From positions 1 to 41,687 of the IMG/VR virus record IMGVR_UViG_3300020045_011739: a DNA stretch of 41,687 nucleotides. One strand, written 5' to 3'. Each line of letters begins with the position of its first letter. The stretch's first letter is position 1. A model generated the notes under the pieces. It saw nothing but the letters and a program-made list of their open reading frames with translations. It did no database searches and was not told the origin of the DNA. Shown here piece after piece: positions 8,781-17,040 of the stretch. The stretch is from a virus. Its lineage: Duplodnaviria; Caudoviricetes. A program made the position numbers and the translations under genes.

Positions 8781-9339
8781 TAAGTACCTGCTTAAATGAT
8801 TCTACAATAATTCCATCTTCATCAACAAAATCTTTACCTTCAAGGGAAGTAGTAAAAGCTACAATCTCAGTCTTTTCTTTTGATGTCTTCCAATTAGGGA
8901 AGTTAGTAGTCAAAGTAGAGGACAATAAAGTTTTATGAGCATCGATAGAGCGAGAGTATTTAACTACTTTCTTAGCTGCGGTTTTGACGTTTTCTTCTAC
9001 TAGTGCGGATTGGTTGATACTTTTTCCTACAACTTCTTCTGTGGAAGGAGCAATCTGAGTAACATCCGCAGCTTTCTTTGCACGAGCTTTCTTGGCTTTA
9101 ACTTCTTCTACTGGAAGATTAGTTTTTGTTTCTTCGTCATAAGTAACAGGCCCATCTACTTTAGTATTAGCTATCTCGGCAGCTTTGCCATTTAAAGCGG
9201 CGGACACTAAAGTCTTGAGAGTCAGCATAGACGCTAGTGCGTCCTCGTTTTCTTCAATCTTAGCAGTAGCAGACATTTCAATGTGCTCATAATTCCCGAG
9301 ATTCTTTCTTTCTAGTACATAAATAGTTTCGATTTTCAT
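8764..9339 (-). CDS. Hypothetical replication-region protein
   Basis: NLGNYE N-terminal motif, Lys/Ala linker, CTGGAG SD with ATGA coupling. Confidence 0.75.
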   Translation of the reverse strand: MKIETIYVLERKNLGNYEHIEMSATAKIEENEDALASMLTLKTLVSAALNGKAAEIANTKVDGPVTYDEETKTNLPVEEVKAKKARAKKAADVTQIAPSTEEVVGKSINQSALVEENVKTAAKKVVKYSRSIDAHKTLLSSTLTTNFPNWKTSKEKTEIVAFTTSLEGKDFVDEDGIIVESFKQVLSGFFA

Positions 9340-10193
9340 AATAACTCCAGCGATTCGTTAATTGTGTTAATAGTATTAATAGATACTTTCTTTCTATTGT
9401 CGGTAAAAGTTGAACCATGGCATAAACTGAAATACTGGCAAGGGCTAAAGTATGCCATGCATGAAGACAAACATTTCTTAGGTGCTTCTCCTGCATGAAT
9501 CTCTATAGCTCTGCTGTGTACTTCATTGAATAAGGACCAGATCATATCTGGATTCATTACTTCGATGGGTATGAACATCTCGTATACCTTTACTCCAGCT
9601 TCGAGACCTTTGATCGTACCTGCTTTAGATTTTGTGGTTTGGCTATACAGGCATCCTGCGAATCTTTTACCCGAAATCTCTGGAACTGCGATATGCAGAT
9701 CATCAGCAAAATGAGCGTAGAGATTAAGCTGGGGATCAAGTGGTAGTCTGGATAAAAGGGTTTCATCATGTCGCCCTGCTGTTTTTAAATCTAAGATAAA
9801 CCACTCATCCCCCCTAACTGCAATTCCATCAATAAATCCATTGTACTCAGAAGTAGAGAGAGGAAGCTCACACTTAACTACTCTAATCCCCGAAGCTGCG
9901 CGAAACTCTACATACTTCTTGAGCATGATAGTTAGAAGATCTTTCTCTTCAGAGCCTACTTTATGCTCAGTCATTGCTTCAATGATTAAAGATTCATTGT
10001 ACTCAGTGTGGTTAGTTTTCTCTAATACTTGGTGAAAAGCTTTACCTAAACCCAGAGCATCCGATTCAACGTAGTCAGAGTCTTTGGGCGAGTTAAGTAC
10101 TTTGTAATGCGCATACTTCTGCTCACAAGATTGCAGCGTTGTCATACTGGAATAGCTTAGTTTGACTCGGGCTTGATTATTTAAATTTGACAT
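9336..10193 (-). CDS. PD-(D/E)XK exonuclease, Cas4/RecB-like
   Basis: LSYSS...C, G-AFH, GFIDG, ILDLKT, QL-LY and a C-terminal Cys cluster consistent with an Fe-S staple. Confidence 0.88.
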   Translation of the reverse strand: MSNLNNQARVKLSYSSMTTLQSCEQKYAHYKVLNSPKDSDYVESDALGLGKAFHQVLEKTNHTEYNESLIIEAMTEHKVGSEEKDLLTIMLKKYVEFRAASGIRVVKCELPLSTSEYNGFIDGIAVRGDEWFILDLKTAGRHDETLLSRLPLDPQLNLYAHFADDLHIAVPEISGKRFAGCLYSQTTKSKAGTIKGLEAGVKVYEMFIPIEVMNPDMIWSLFNEVHSRAIEIHAGEAPKKCLSSCMAYFSPCQYFSLCHGSTFTDNRKKVSINTINTINESLELL

Positions 10194-10209
10194 AAGTTTC
10201 CAGTTTTAA

Positions 10210-10229
10210 GAGGGAGATTTCCCTCCCTC
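10210..10229 (-). terminator. Hairpin downstream of the SSB-like gene (weak terminator or mRNA stabiliser)
   Basis: GAGGGAG-N6-CTCCCTC with a poor U tract. Confidence 0.4.
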
Positions 10230-10235
10230 AATTAT

Positions 10236-10640
10236 TTAGATTAGATCTTCTGACTCTTCTGATTTCTCTGTGAAGTTAGCAGCATCTTGGGCAGGAGCTA
10301 CTTGGATTTTAAGTCTATTTGACTCTTTTCCTTTGTACTTACCTGTAGTGTTCACGCCCTTACCTTCATAGGTAACTTTAAGGATATCGCCTTCCTCTAC
10401 TTCACCTAAAACTTTCTCTAAAGCAGTAGTTCCGTTAATAGTAAAGTTATCGCCTTTCTTGAGAGATACTTTATCAGTAGAGATGTTTGAATCTAATACC
10501 TCAACCAAAACATCTTGAGCATTTGCGTTTAGCTTGTTTGGAGAGAATCTTTTCACAGTACCTACAACGTATTGACCTACTGGCCAGTCTTTGTAGCTTA
10601 GAAATTTGCTCGATCCTGTTAGTTCTTTGAAATTGTACAT
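10236..10640 (-). CDS. Putative single-stranded DNA-binding protein
   Basis: OB-like beta pattern, acidic tail EKSEESEDLI, between PolA and exonuclease, with its own promoter. Confidence 0.65.
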   Translation of the reverse strand: MYNFKELTGSSKFLSYKDWPVGQYVVGTVKRFSPNKLNANAQDVLVEVLDSNISTDKVSLKKGDNFTINGTTALEKVLGEVEEGDILKVTYEGKGVNTTGKYKGKESNRLKIQVAPAQDAANFTEKSEESEDLI

Positions 10641-10714
10641 ATTTTTTCCTTGTTATATGCTGCTCAATTGCAGCGTGATTGATAATTAATAGGTTTTGGT
10701 TATTGCCTGAGAAT

Positions 10715-10743
10715 AAGTTAACCGATGTTTTAATTTAAGTCTA
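10715..10743 (-). promoter_or_regulatory. Sigma70-like promoter for the SSB-exonuclease-helicase block
   Basis: TAGACT-17 bp-TAACTT; shares TTAACTTA with 18619-18626. Confidence 0.5.
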
Positions 10744-10753
10744 CAATTATTTT

Positions 10754-12772
10754 TCACAGTAAATCTAGCGCAGGGTTGTTTGTAAAAAATTTACTAAACA
10801 TATCGTATTCTTTCTTGGATCTTGGGTCGATGTGTATGACAGAACTCTCTAATTTAAAACCTTTAGCTGTCACTACTTGACCTTCCGGCATCCCTGGCCC
10901 CCAGACCTTTCCATCCGTTCGGATTAATCTGGCATCTTCTTTAGCCAAACCTTCAAAATAAAAAATAAAAGCTTCATGCATACACTGTTTAAGTAAGTCC
11001 ATATCAGCTTGGATCTTATCTATTGGAGACATAATGTACAGGGCATCATGGAGAGTTTGGATGACAGTTAACCCTCTATCTTGGGCTAACGCCACCGCCT
11101 TCCTCATAATAACTGCACCCATACCTTGAGTCATGAAATTTGCTGCTGATCTAAATGATGGATTATCTCCAAACATTATCCAACCATCAGGCAATCTTAG
11201 GTGTTTCAGAGTTTGGTATCTATTGACGGTATCATTGCGAAACTTAGCAAACCTGAAATAAACTGAATCTAATTTATCAAGGAGGGGTTGAGCTTCTTCA
11301 GGTGTCCATTTGCGTCCAGTTTGGTTAGATAGCTCATAGGATAAACTATAACCTGTCGACCAGTATTGCCAACCCAGGATAACAGGTTTTTGTGCATCTC
11401 TTTGTTTCCCATGAGTTTTTTTATTTCCATCGAGAGGGATGACTCCGATCTCTTTCCCATAGGCAGTATATACGTCACCTGAAGCATAAGCTTCGATCAT
11501 CTTTCTATCATTCGCTTGAATACCACCAATTAAAAATTCTTGAGAGCTATAATCAATCGCACCGATAGCATAACCTTCAGGAGGTTGTGCTAAAGCTCTA
11601 GTCCAAGCTCCTTTTAGAAACAAAAACCCAGTGGATTTAGGTTGAGAGCGCGAACTCTGTGCTCCGAAGTGATTCATATATGGTCTACTAAAACCATCAG
11701 AACCTACCGTAGAAAAAAATGAACTCTTATCGCTCTTAATGTTAAAACTATTTAAAGATTGCTTTAACTTCAAATAGCGAACCATTTGAGCACCTAAGTT
11801 GTACCGTGGGAAATCGTGACGGAAATTAAACACCTCTTCCCAAGCTTCGAGAGCTAGTGAGTATTCTCTCTTCCCCTTCACTCCTCCATCAGTCAATGGC
11901 CAGGATTTATAGTTTTGAGATTTAATCCAATCACGTAGTACCTTAGTGTTCATCACATACGTAGCTTTGGACTTATCAAATCTAAAAGGAGGTGTTTCGG
12001 GGAACTGAGAAACAATGTCCTGGATGCATTCTAACAAAGCGATAGGTACGTTATCCGCCAAGTTATGCGCCCACTCCATATTTATAGGTAAACCATGGCG
12101 AACCATGATGGCCGTTCTAACCGAGTATTCTCCACGGGAAATCATCTCATCATGAATATTGGCAAGAAGTTTTGGATTCAAGTATCTTTTTTGAAGGTTT
12201 TTTATTTCCTCAAATAACCGCGGGAGATAAAGGGTATCTGACTCACAATACTTAACTATGTTAACCTTATTCCCTTCAATAGCAGCGTCATCCTCAGAAA
12301 TAATCAAATCCCTCATAGCTGTCTTATGATCTGTATCAATTTCAATATTTAAAAAATGATAAAGACATGAGGCCAGATTGGTAGGAGGTTTTGTAATGGT
12401 TGTCTTACCATACTTTCCTGTTATGGGTTTTATGGTGATCTTACGCCCATTTTCAATATGTTTCCCTAACATTAAGGTTCGACAGTGATTATAAAGCATT
12501 TTAATTTCTAGCTGTAAATCAATCCACTTAAATCTTAGAGGGTCAATACCTAGAGAGATAAGAGAAGAAGCTTCTGCCTCTGCTGCAAATGATAAGATCA
12601 CATGATTTTCATCTAACGCATCAGAATACTCGATAACAGATTGCCTATTCTGGCCATGATTCGTCCAGAATGATTCAAAAGCTACACCGTTGTAAGTGGA
12701 CAAGCACACCACATTCATCTTAGGTTCGGATGACTTATTATATTCCGCATCGAGGGAGATATATTTATACAT
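10754..12772 (-). CDS. polA: Family A DNA polymerase with 3'-5' exonuclease, divergent
   Basis: ExoI LDAEY, ExoIII YCESD, motif A IDYSSQE, motif B RDAQKPVILGWQYW, motif C LHDA. Confidence 0.92.
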   Translation of the reverse strand: MYKYISLDAEYNKSSEPKMNVVCLSTYNGVAFESFWTNHGQNRQSVIEYSDALDENHVILSFAAEAEASSLISLGIDPLRFKWIDLQLEIKMLYNHCRTLMLGKHIENGRKITIKPITGKYGKTTITKPPTNLASCLYHFLNIEIDTDHKTAMRDLIISEDDAAIEGNKVNIVKYCESDTLYLPRLFEEIKNLQKRYLNPKLLANIHDEMISRGEYSVRTAIMVRHGLPINMEWAHNLADNVPIALLECIQDIVSQFPETPPFRFDKSKATYVMNTKVLRDWIKSQNYKSWPLTDGGVKGKREYSLALEAWEEVFNFRHDFPRYNLGAQMVRYLKLKQSLNSFNIKSDKSSFFSTVGSDGFSRPYMNHFGAQSSRSQPKSTGFLFLKGAWTRALAQPPEGYAIGAIDYSSQEFLIGGIQANDRKMIEAYASGDVYTAYGKEIGVIPLDGNKKTHGKQRDAQKPVILGWQYWSTGYSLSYELSNQTGRKWTPEEAQPLLDKLDSVYFRFAKFRNDTVNRYQTLKHLRLPDGWIMFGDNPSFRSAANFMTQGMGAVIMRKAVALAQDRGLTVIQTLHDALYIMSPIDKIQADMDLLKQCMHEAFIFYFEGLAKEDARLIRTDGKVWGPGMPEGQVVTAKGFKLESSVIHIDPRSKKEYDMFSKFFTNNPALDLL

Positions 12773-13184
12773 ATAGATTATCTATTTTAAATGATTCTAG
12801 ATCTATAACATAATCCCAATTACCTGTTATCGAGATTCTCATATTAACAACCAATTCTTTAATGTGTTTGTCATCTAACCCTAAGTGTTTAAACATCGTA
12901 TCCTGTAGAACTTTAATAGAATCTGCATCAGGGCATCGGCTAGAAATCTTACCTTCTTTAGTGAAGAAATCCCCCAGGGGGCAATAGAGATTATAGGTTA
13001 CTTTTAAATATTCATCAGCAGGCAATATTTGCGCAGGGTATTCTTGTAACCTAGAGATAAGATCTTTCTCAAACTCTCGGCATAGGTCGGTTTTTATCAA
13101 CATAGGTTTAGGTCTACCTACAACCATTTTAGCTCTATTCAAAGGCAAGTATGGAAGGTTATCTATAACAATACGCAAAATCAT
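12765..13184 (-). CDS. rusA: RusA-like Holliday junction resolvase
   Basis: PDADSIKVLQD...LDDKHI matches the RusA D-x-D-x-x-K-x-x-x-D...DD pattern. Confidence 0.75.
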   Translation of the reverse strand: MILRIVIDNLPYLPLNRAKMVVGRPKPMLIKTDLCREFEKDLISRLQEYPAQILPADEYLKVTYNLYCPLGDFFTKEGKISSRCPDADSIKVLQDTMFKHLGLDDKHIKELVVNMRISITGNWDYVIDLESFKIDNLYV

Positions 13185-13208
13185 TTGTTTCTCCAGTTTA
13201 TTAAAATG

Positions 13209-13463
13209 TTAGGTATTAGCTTTCGTCCTAATAAAATACCCCACTTCTTTGAGAGTGTCCATCTGGCAAATGAATGAATCGTTATAAAAAATATCCCAAG
13301 CTATAACTTTCGATAGCTTATTCCATTTGCTCCGAACTTCCTTCAGAACTTTCTGATACCTGAACCCCCTGAGCTTCTCGCTGTCTAAGTATCTCTTCTT
13401 CACTAGGTGAGGCAGCATGAAGTGTGTTGTCTTTGAATCCAAAAATCCTGTCGTAGTTTTCAT
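13209..13463 (-). CDS. Basic hypothetical protein (start may be 13418)
   Basis: Open frame on the coding strand; overlaps the upstream ORF. Confidence 0.5.
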   Translation of the reverse strand: MKTTTGFLDSKTTHFMLPHLVKKRYLDSEKLRGFRYQKVLKEVRSKWNKLSKVIAWDIFYNDSFICQMDTLKEVGYFIRTKANT

Positions 13464-13557
13464 TGTATAATTCCTGATTAGTTCTTAAGTGAGCTTTTTC
13501 TATTACGTTTAAATTATTACGTCTTCTCATATCTATCTCTCTCTCTCTTTGTTTCAT
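13318..13557 (-). CDS. Hypothetical protein with NYDRIFG motif (start 13557 or 13530)
   Basis: YNENYDRIFG resembles a motif recurrent in small phage proteins. Confidence 0.55.
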   Translation of the reverse strand: MKQREREIDMRRRNNLNVIEKAHLRTNQELYNENYDRIFGFKDNTLHAASPSEEEILRQREAQGVQVSESSEGSSEQME

Positions 13558-13672
13558 TGTCAACCCAGCACCAAAGATCGACCCATCCACTGATTTCGAA
13601 CTTGAAAACAAAATAAAGTCCAAGAAAGAAACCGATATAGAATGCCGCTAAAGCTACAATAAAGGTGATCAT
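13517..13672 (-). CDS. 51-aa single-pass membrane protein (not in the ORF track)
   Basis: MITFIVALAAFYIGFFLGLYFVFK...; ATGA overlap with the 13669 stop. Confidence 0.6.
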   Translation of the reverse strand: MITFIVALAAFYIGFFLGLYFVFKFEISGWVDLWCWVDNETKRERDRYEKT

Positions 13673-13908
13673 TTAAATCTCGGTTTCGTAAACTCACATG
13701 CCAACCTGTAGGGTATATTGGTAGCCGCTGCGATTGATTCTGCTTTACATTCATGTTCTAATAATCCGGTTAGTGATCCTGCAAAGATCGACGCGATAGT
13801 TAAAATAACCGTGAACACAATCACAGGTAACATTTTCCGACTTAGCCCATTTTCATTCATAAAATCACTTGCCTTTTTTGCGTGAAACCGTTGTAAGTAG
13901 TCAATCAC
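13669..13908 (-). CDS. Small membrane protein
   Basis: One hydrophobic helix and two Cys in the C-terminal part; start uncertain. Confidence 0.55.
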   Translation of the reverse strand: MIDYLQRFHAKKASDFMNENGLSRKMLPVIVFTVILTIASIFAGSLTGLLEHECKAESIAAATNIPYRLACEFTKPRFK

Positions 13909-13937
13909 TTGTGAGTGATAAGTTACTTTTACGTTTA

Positions 13938-14114
13938 TTATTTCTCTTCTATGAAATCAATTAATCTAATCATTACATCTTTAACTGCCAGGGAAGCTGA
14001 ATACATGTGATTATTAGTATCATGATCGTTTCTCATTTCTTCCATTTGTTCATTTTCTTCGGCAATTTCCATTTGGCAAAACTCAATAATGTTCTGAATT
14101 GTTTTATTGCTCAT
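13938..14114 (-). CDS. 58-aa acidic helical protein (not in the ORF track)
   Basis: MSNKTIQNIIEFCQMEIAEENEQ...; GAGGGT SD and ATGA overlap. Confidence 0.6.
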   Translation of the reverse strand: MSNKTIQNIIEFCQMEIAEENEQMEEMRNDHDTNNHMYSASLAVKDVMIRLIDFIEEK

Positions 14115-14764
14115 ACACCCTCACTTTTCTCAATTGCTTCCTGAATCTGCTCAGTCGTTTTATTATTCCAAACTGATACGCCCTCGCTTATCTTTTTAAG
14201 TGCCCATGTTGCAGCAGCTTGTTTTTGTCGCTCGCCAACTTCACAATAAAATTCAACTTGTCCGGCAATTAACTCCAGCGCCTCAACCGCGACATTGAGC
14301 TTTTCATCTCGAGAATCTAACTCACTTGTCCATCTATCAAGCTCTTTGTTGACGTTAGACATGCCAATTCTTTTAATCCAAGGGACGCTATATTTCTCCG
14401 CCTCTGCCAGCTTCCCCATAAGCGCATTACAATGTTCGCCACGCCTAATAGCTTCAGAGTCGGAAGCTATTAGCTTCGTTTCAAGGGACTCAATTAGCGA
14501 TCTTGTCTCTAGAGCTGCCTCATTCCAGTCCGAAACTTCAACCTCAAGCTCATTAATTCTATCGTCAAGAATAGTCCGAGCTTTCTCTTCGTATAGCTTG
14601 CATTTGCATCCAGTAAACTTATTCACTCCCGCTAATTCAATCTCAAGCTCCCTGTATCCGGCCAAGTATCCAACTATAAATGAACCAGCATCCGAACAAC
14701 CACCTTCAGTGTCCTGGGATTGCTGATCTCTATATGCTTCTCTTGCAAGGTCTTTAATATTCAT
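14111..14764 (-). CDS. Coiled-coil hypothetical protein
   Basis: Heptad pattern; KLNVAVEALE motif shared with 15027-15365. Confidence 0.7.
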   Translation of the reverse strand: MNIKDLAREAYRDQQSQDTEGGCSDAGSFIVGYLAGYRELEIELAGVNKFTGCKCKLYEEKARTILDDRINELEVEVSDWNEAALETRSLIESLETKLIASDSEAIRRGEHCNALMGKLAEAEKYSVPWIKRIGMSNVNKELDRWTSELDSRDEKLNVAVEALELIAGQVEFYCEVGERQKQAAATWALKKISEGVSVWNNKTTEQIQEAIEKSEGV

Positions 14765-15027
14765 AATTCCTCTTTAGATTCTTCGCTTGATATCGGTTTT
14801 TTCTGTGTGCCTAATTCGCTTCCGCAAAACTTGCAGCACTCAAAGCTCAACGCCTTCAACTTCAGATCAAGTCTACGATTAATAATTCGACTCCACTCAT
14901 TTTGATCTCTTAGTATCTTTTGGGCGTACGATTTAGATCTGAAAGCCTTATTGTTTTTAAACAAAGGCACCCATCTCTTTCCGTGTTTTGCGTATATTGC
15001 CCATTTTGTTACTGCATCTGATTTCAT
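14761..15027 (-). CDS. Basic hypothetical protein with CxxC
   Basis: TAATG/ATGA coupled; CCKFCG. Confidence 0.6.
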   Translation of the reverse strand: MKSDAVTKWAIYAKHGKRWVPLFKNNKAFRSKSYAQKILRDQNEWSRIINRRLDLKLKALSFECCKFCGSELGTQKKPISSEESKEEL

Positions 15028-15365
15028 TACTTCGCCTTAATCTTTGGCCACTGATTATTAAGGGGGTATTTTTCTGGATTAACAAACTCAAGGCATTTGC
15101 GGGCCTCGAGTCTCATTGTTGGTGCATGAACAAATATGGTAGCAATCGCCACAAGGTTCTCTTCACACCGTTTCAATCTGGCTTCACTTTCTTCCCATTT
15201 CTTAAATCTCTTATCATAAGCATTGGCAGACTCACCCAAAGCCTCAACCGCAATCCTTAGCTTCTCTTCGAGAGATGCGATCAGTTGTGTCCCAGTCTTG
15301 ACCGCATTGAGGTCGCCAACGGGGCGGGTAATATCTAGGTACATAATAGGTTTAGCTTTTCTCAT
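15027..15365 (-). CDS. Coiled-coil hypothetical protein
   Basis: GAGGG SD; KLRIAVEAL motif. Confidence 0.65.
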   Translation of the reverse strand: MRKAKPIMYLDITRPVGDLNAVKTGTQLIASLEEKLRIAVEALGESANAYDKRFKKWEESEARLKRCEENLVAIATIFVHAPTMRLEARKCLEFVNPEKYPLNNQWPKIKAK

Positions 15366-15388
15366 AAATCCCTCTCATCACTTAGCGG

Positions 15389-15538
15389 TTAATCTTGGTA
15401 TCGGTAATGGTGAATGTCCCAATGGATGCCTACATAAAATCTAAACCATCTAATCTGCGTCTGCTTATAGTTCTTCAAGTGAGTAATCTTGGGCCAAAGA
15501 GGCCAGTCGGATTTATCAATGATTATGGTTATCTTCAT
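15389..15538 (-). CDS. Small hypothetical protein
   Basis: AAGGGG SD before ATG 15538. Confidence 0.45.
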   Translation of the reverse strand: MKITIIIDKSDWPLWPKITHLKNYKQTQIRWFRFYVGIHWDIHHYRYQD

Positions 15539-15597
15539 AAGACCCCTTAAGCGATAATTTCTAATACCGTTCAATATTCAAATTCAGTAACCGTCAT

Positions 15598-15786
15598 TTA
15601 TGTCTTACAAGGCGTCCAATAAGCATTGGTTGAACCTTCAGGTTTTGATGCGCACATTCCAAGCTTAGCCATTTCTCTTTGCTGTTTGTGATCAGCTATA
15701 AACATCATAAAGATAAACAGCAATACACTTCCTAAAACAAACCCGATAAGTATCTCTGGTTGGTTTTCTTTAATCAAATCTTTCAC
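15598..15786 (-). CDS. Small single-pass membrane protein
   Basis: ILIGFVLGSVLLFIFMMFI; AAGGAG SD; two Cys in the C-terminal part. Confidence 0.65.
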   Translation of the reverse strand: MKDLIKENQPEILIGFVLGSVLLFIFMMFIADHKQQREMAKLGMCASKPEGSTNAYWTPCKT

Positions 15787-16025
15787 GCTATCTCCTTCGC
15801 AAGTCTCGCTTGCATTAATAATGTTTCGGGTGTCAGTGACTTGATAGGCGTGTCATACCAATGGCCGTCAATGTCTACATGTTCGTATGCTCTATATCTT
15901 TGAACTTGATAATATTTTTCTAGCCATATCATTGTAGTGTTATCAATCTTTACAGGTAACCAAGCAAACCTAGAGACGACTCTTAATGATCCTGACTCTG
16001 GGTCTGCAGCTATTTTAATTTTCAT
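15783..16025 (-). CDS. Hypothetical protein with RFAWLPV...IWLEKY motif
   Basis: Motif typical of small phage proteins; GAGGGG SD before ATG 16025. Confidence 0.65.
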   Translation of the reverse strand: MKIKIAADPESGSLRVVSRFAWLPVKIDNTTMIWLEKYYQVQRYRAYEHVDIDGHWYDTPIKSLTPETLLMQARLAKEIA

Positions 16026-16093
16026 CTTGTCGCCCCTCTGAAAAATGCAATAACGCAAACAATAAAAGTTAAATAAATCGCAGTCCAAATCAT
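16022..16093 (-). CDS. Possible 23-aa hydrophobic micropeptide
   Basis: MIWTAIYLTFIVCVIAFFRGATR; ATGA overlaps at both ends. Confidence 0.45.
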   Translation of the reverse strand: MIWTAIYLTFIVCVIAFFRGATR

Positions 16094-16152
16094 TTCAATG
16101 CCCAAATCATAATTATCACCACGAGCATTTTATAATAATCAACTTCATTCAT
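16090..16152 (-). CDS. Possible 20-aa hydrophobic micropeptide
   Basis: MNEVDYYKMLVVIIMIWALK; GGGGAG SD; 8-nt overlap with the upstream gene. Confidence 0.4.
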   Translation of the reverse strand: MNEVDYYKMLVVIIMIWALK

Positions 16153-16633
16153 GACAGCATCTCCCCACGATAGATCCAGAGATGTACGGCAATGACAAAG
16201 GTCTTCTCATTGTCGCCTTCATGTCGTGCTTAAATCCGAGTTTATGGGTCAGCTCATGCGCAATATTGGAAGCTTTATCACAAGCATTAAATCCATCATG
16301 AAACTTTCTATTCAACCAGATTCTCTTTGTTGACGACATCGTGTAACCGATCGTATTCCGCCAAGATCTATACATTTCAAGCTCAACCGTAGTTTTCGAA
16401 CTTCTGATCAATTCTAAAACTTGCACCTTAGTCATTCCATTAGTCTGATTCAAATCAAGGTACGATTTAAGCAATTCAGTCTCGAAGCATTGAGAGTTAA
16501 TCGTCTCTTCAACTTTCTGGGCAGCTATCTTGTTGCGCTCAACTTCTTTCGAGGTGTGGCCAATGAAACCGCTGACAGTAATCATTCCGGCTACGGTTAC
16601 ATAGGCGGCATATTTTTTAGTAGTATTTTTCAA
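16145..16633 (-). CDS. Exported or membrane-anchored zinc metallopeptidase-like protein (metzincin motif)
   Basis: HELTHKLGFKH = HExxHxxGxxH; N-terminal basic plus hydrophobic segment; ACTGGAG SD; TTG start. Confidence 0.75.
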   Translation of the reverse strand: MKNTTKKYAAYVTVAGMITVSGFIGHTSKEVERNKIAAQKVEETINSQCFETELLKSYLDLNQTNGMTKVQVLELIRSSKTTVELEMYRSWRNTIGYTMSSTKRIWLNRKFHDGFNACDKASNIAHELTHKLGFKHDMKATMRRPLSLPYISGSIVGRCCHE

Positions 16634-16659
16634 TTATTCTTCTCCAGTTTAATTAAATG

Positions 16660-17040
16660 TTACTTGATTGTTACAATGGTTTCACCATGTAGGTTTATTT
16701 TTAACTTATTCTCTTTAATCTTGTCTAGCTTTTTTAGAGTAGTAGGAAATACTTCTACGAAAAACTTAACATTGTATGGGCTTAGGTTTCTCAGCCACCC
16801 TAAAAAATCTCCACCTTCCGCTGCTATCTGAAATAACTTATCTATGTAGATAGGGTACCAATAGACTACTTTATGAAATTCTACGTTACCTTTTAAATCA
16901 TGCTCCATGCTGTAAGGTATGAAGGTTACTAGCTTCTCCATATGCTTATCTAGCAGTAGGCAGTATGACTCAAATGGTATCTGACCCAAAGGGTAGAATG
17001 TGGGATCTATTCTAGGTACGTGGTTGTGTCCGAGTATCAT
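16660..17040 (-). CDS. Hypothetical protein coupled to the SF3 helicase
   Basis: ATGA overlap. Confidence 0.65.
   Translation of the reverse strand: MILGHNHVPRIDPTFYPLGQIPFESYCLLLDKHMEKLVTFIPYSMEHDLKGNVEFHKVVYWYPIYIDKLFQIAAEGGDFLGWLRNLSPYNVKFFVEVFPTTLKKLDKIKENKLKINLHGETIVTIK

Noticed and set aside
9336-10193. CRISPR-associated cas4
   Set aside because: A solo Cas4-like nuclease in a replication module is common in phages; no cas1 or array is present.
10754-12772. DpoZ or modified-base genome
   Set aside because: No PurZ, dATPase, queuosine-pathway or other base-modification genes recognised.
14295-14726. Long antisense ORFs (this one, 16421-16831, 26443-26811, 30568-30915 and similar)
   Set aside because: They shadow well-supported genes on the opposite strand and have the Ser/Leu/Phe-rich composition of antisense frames.
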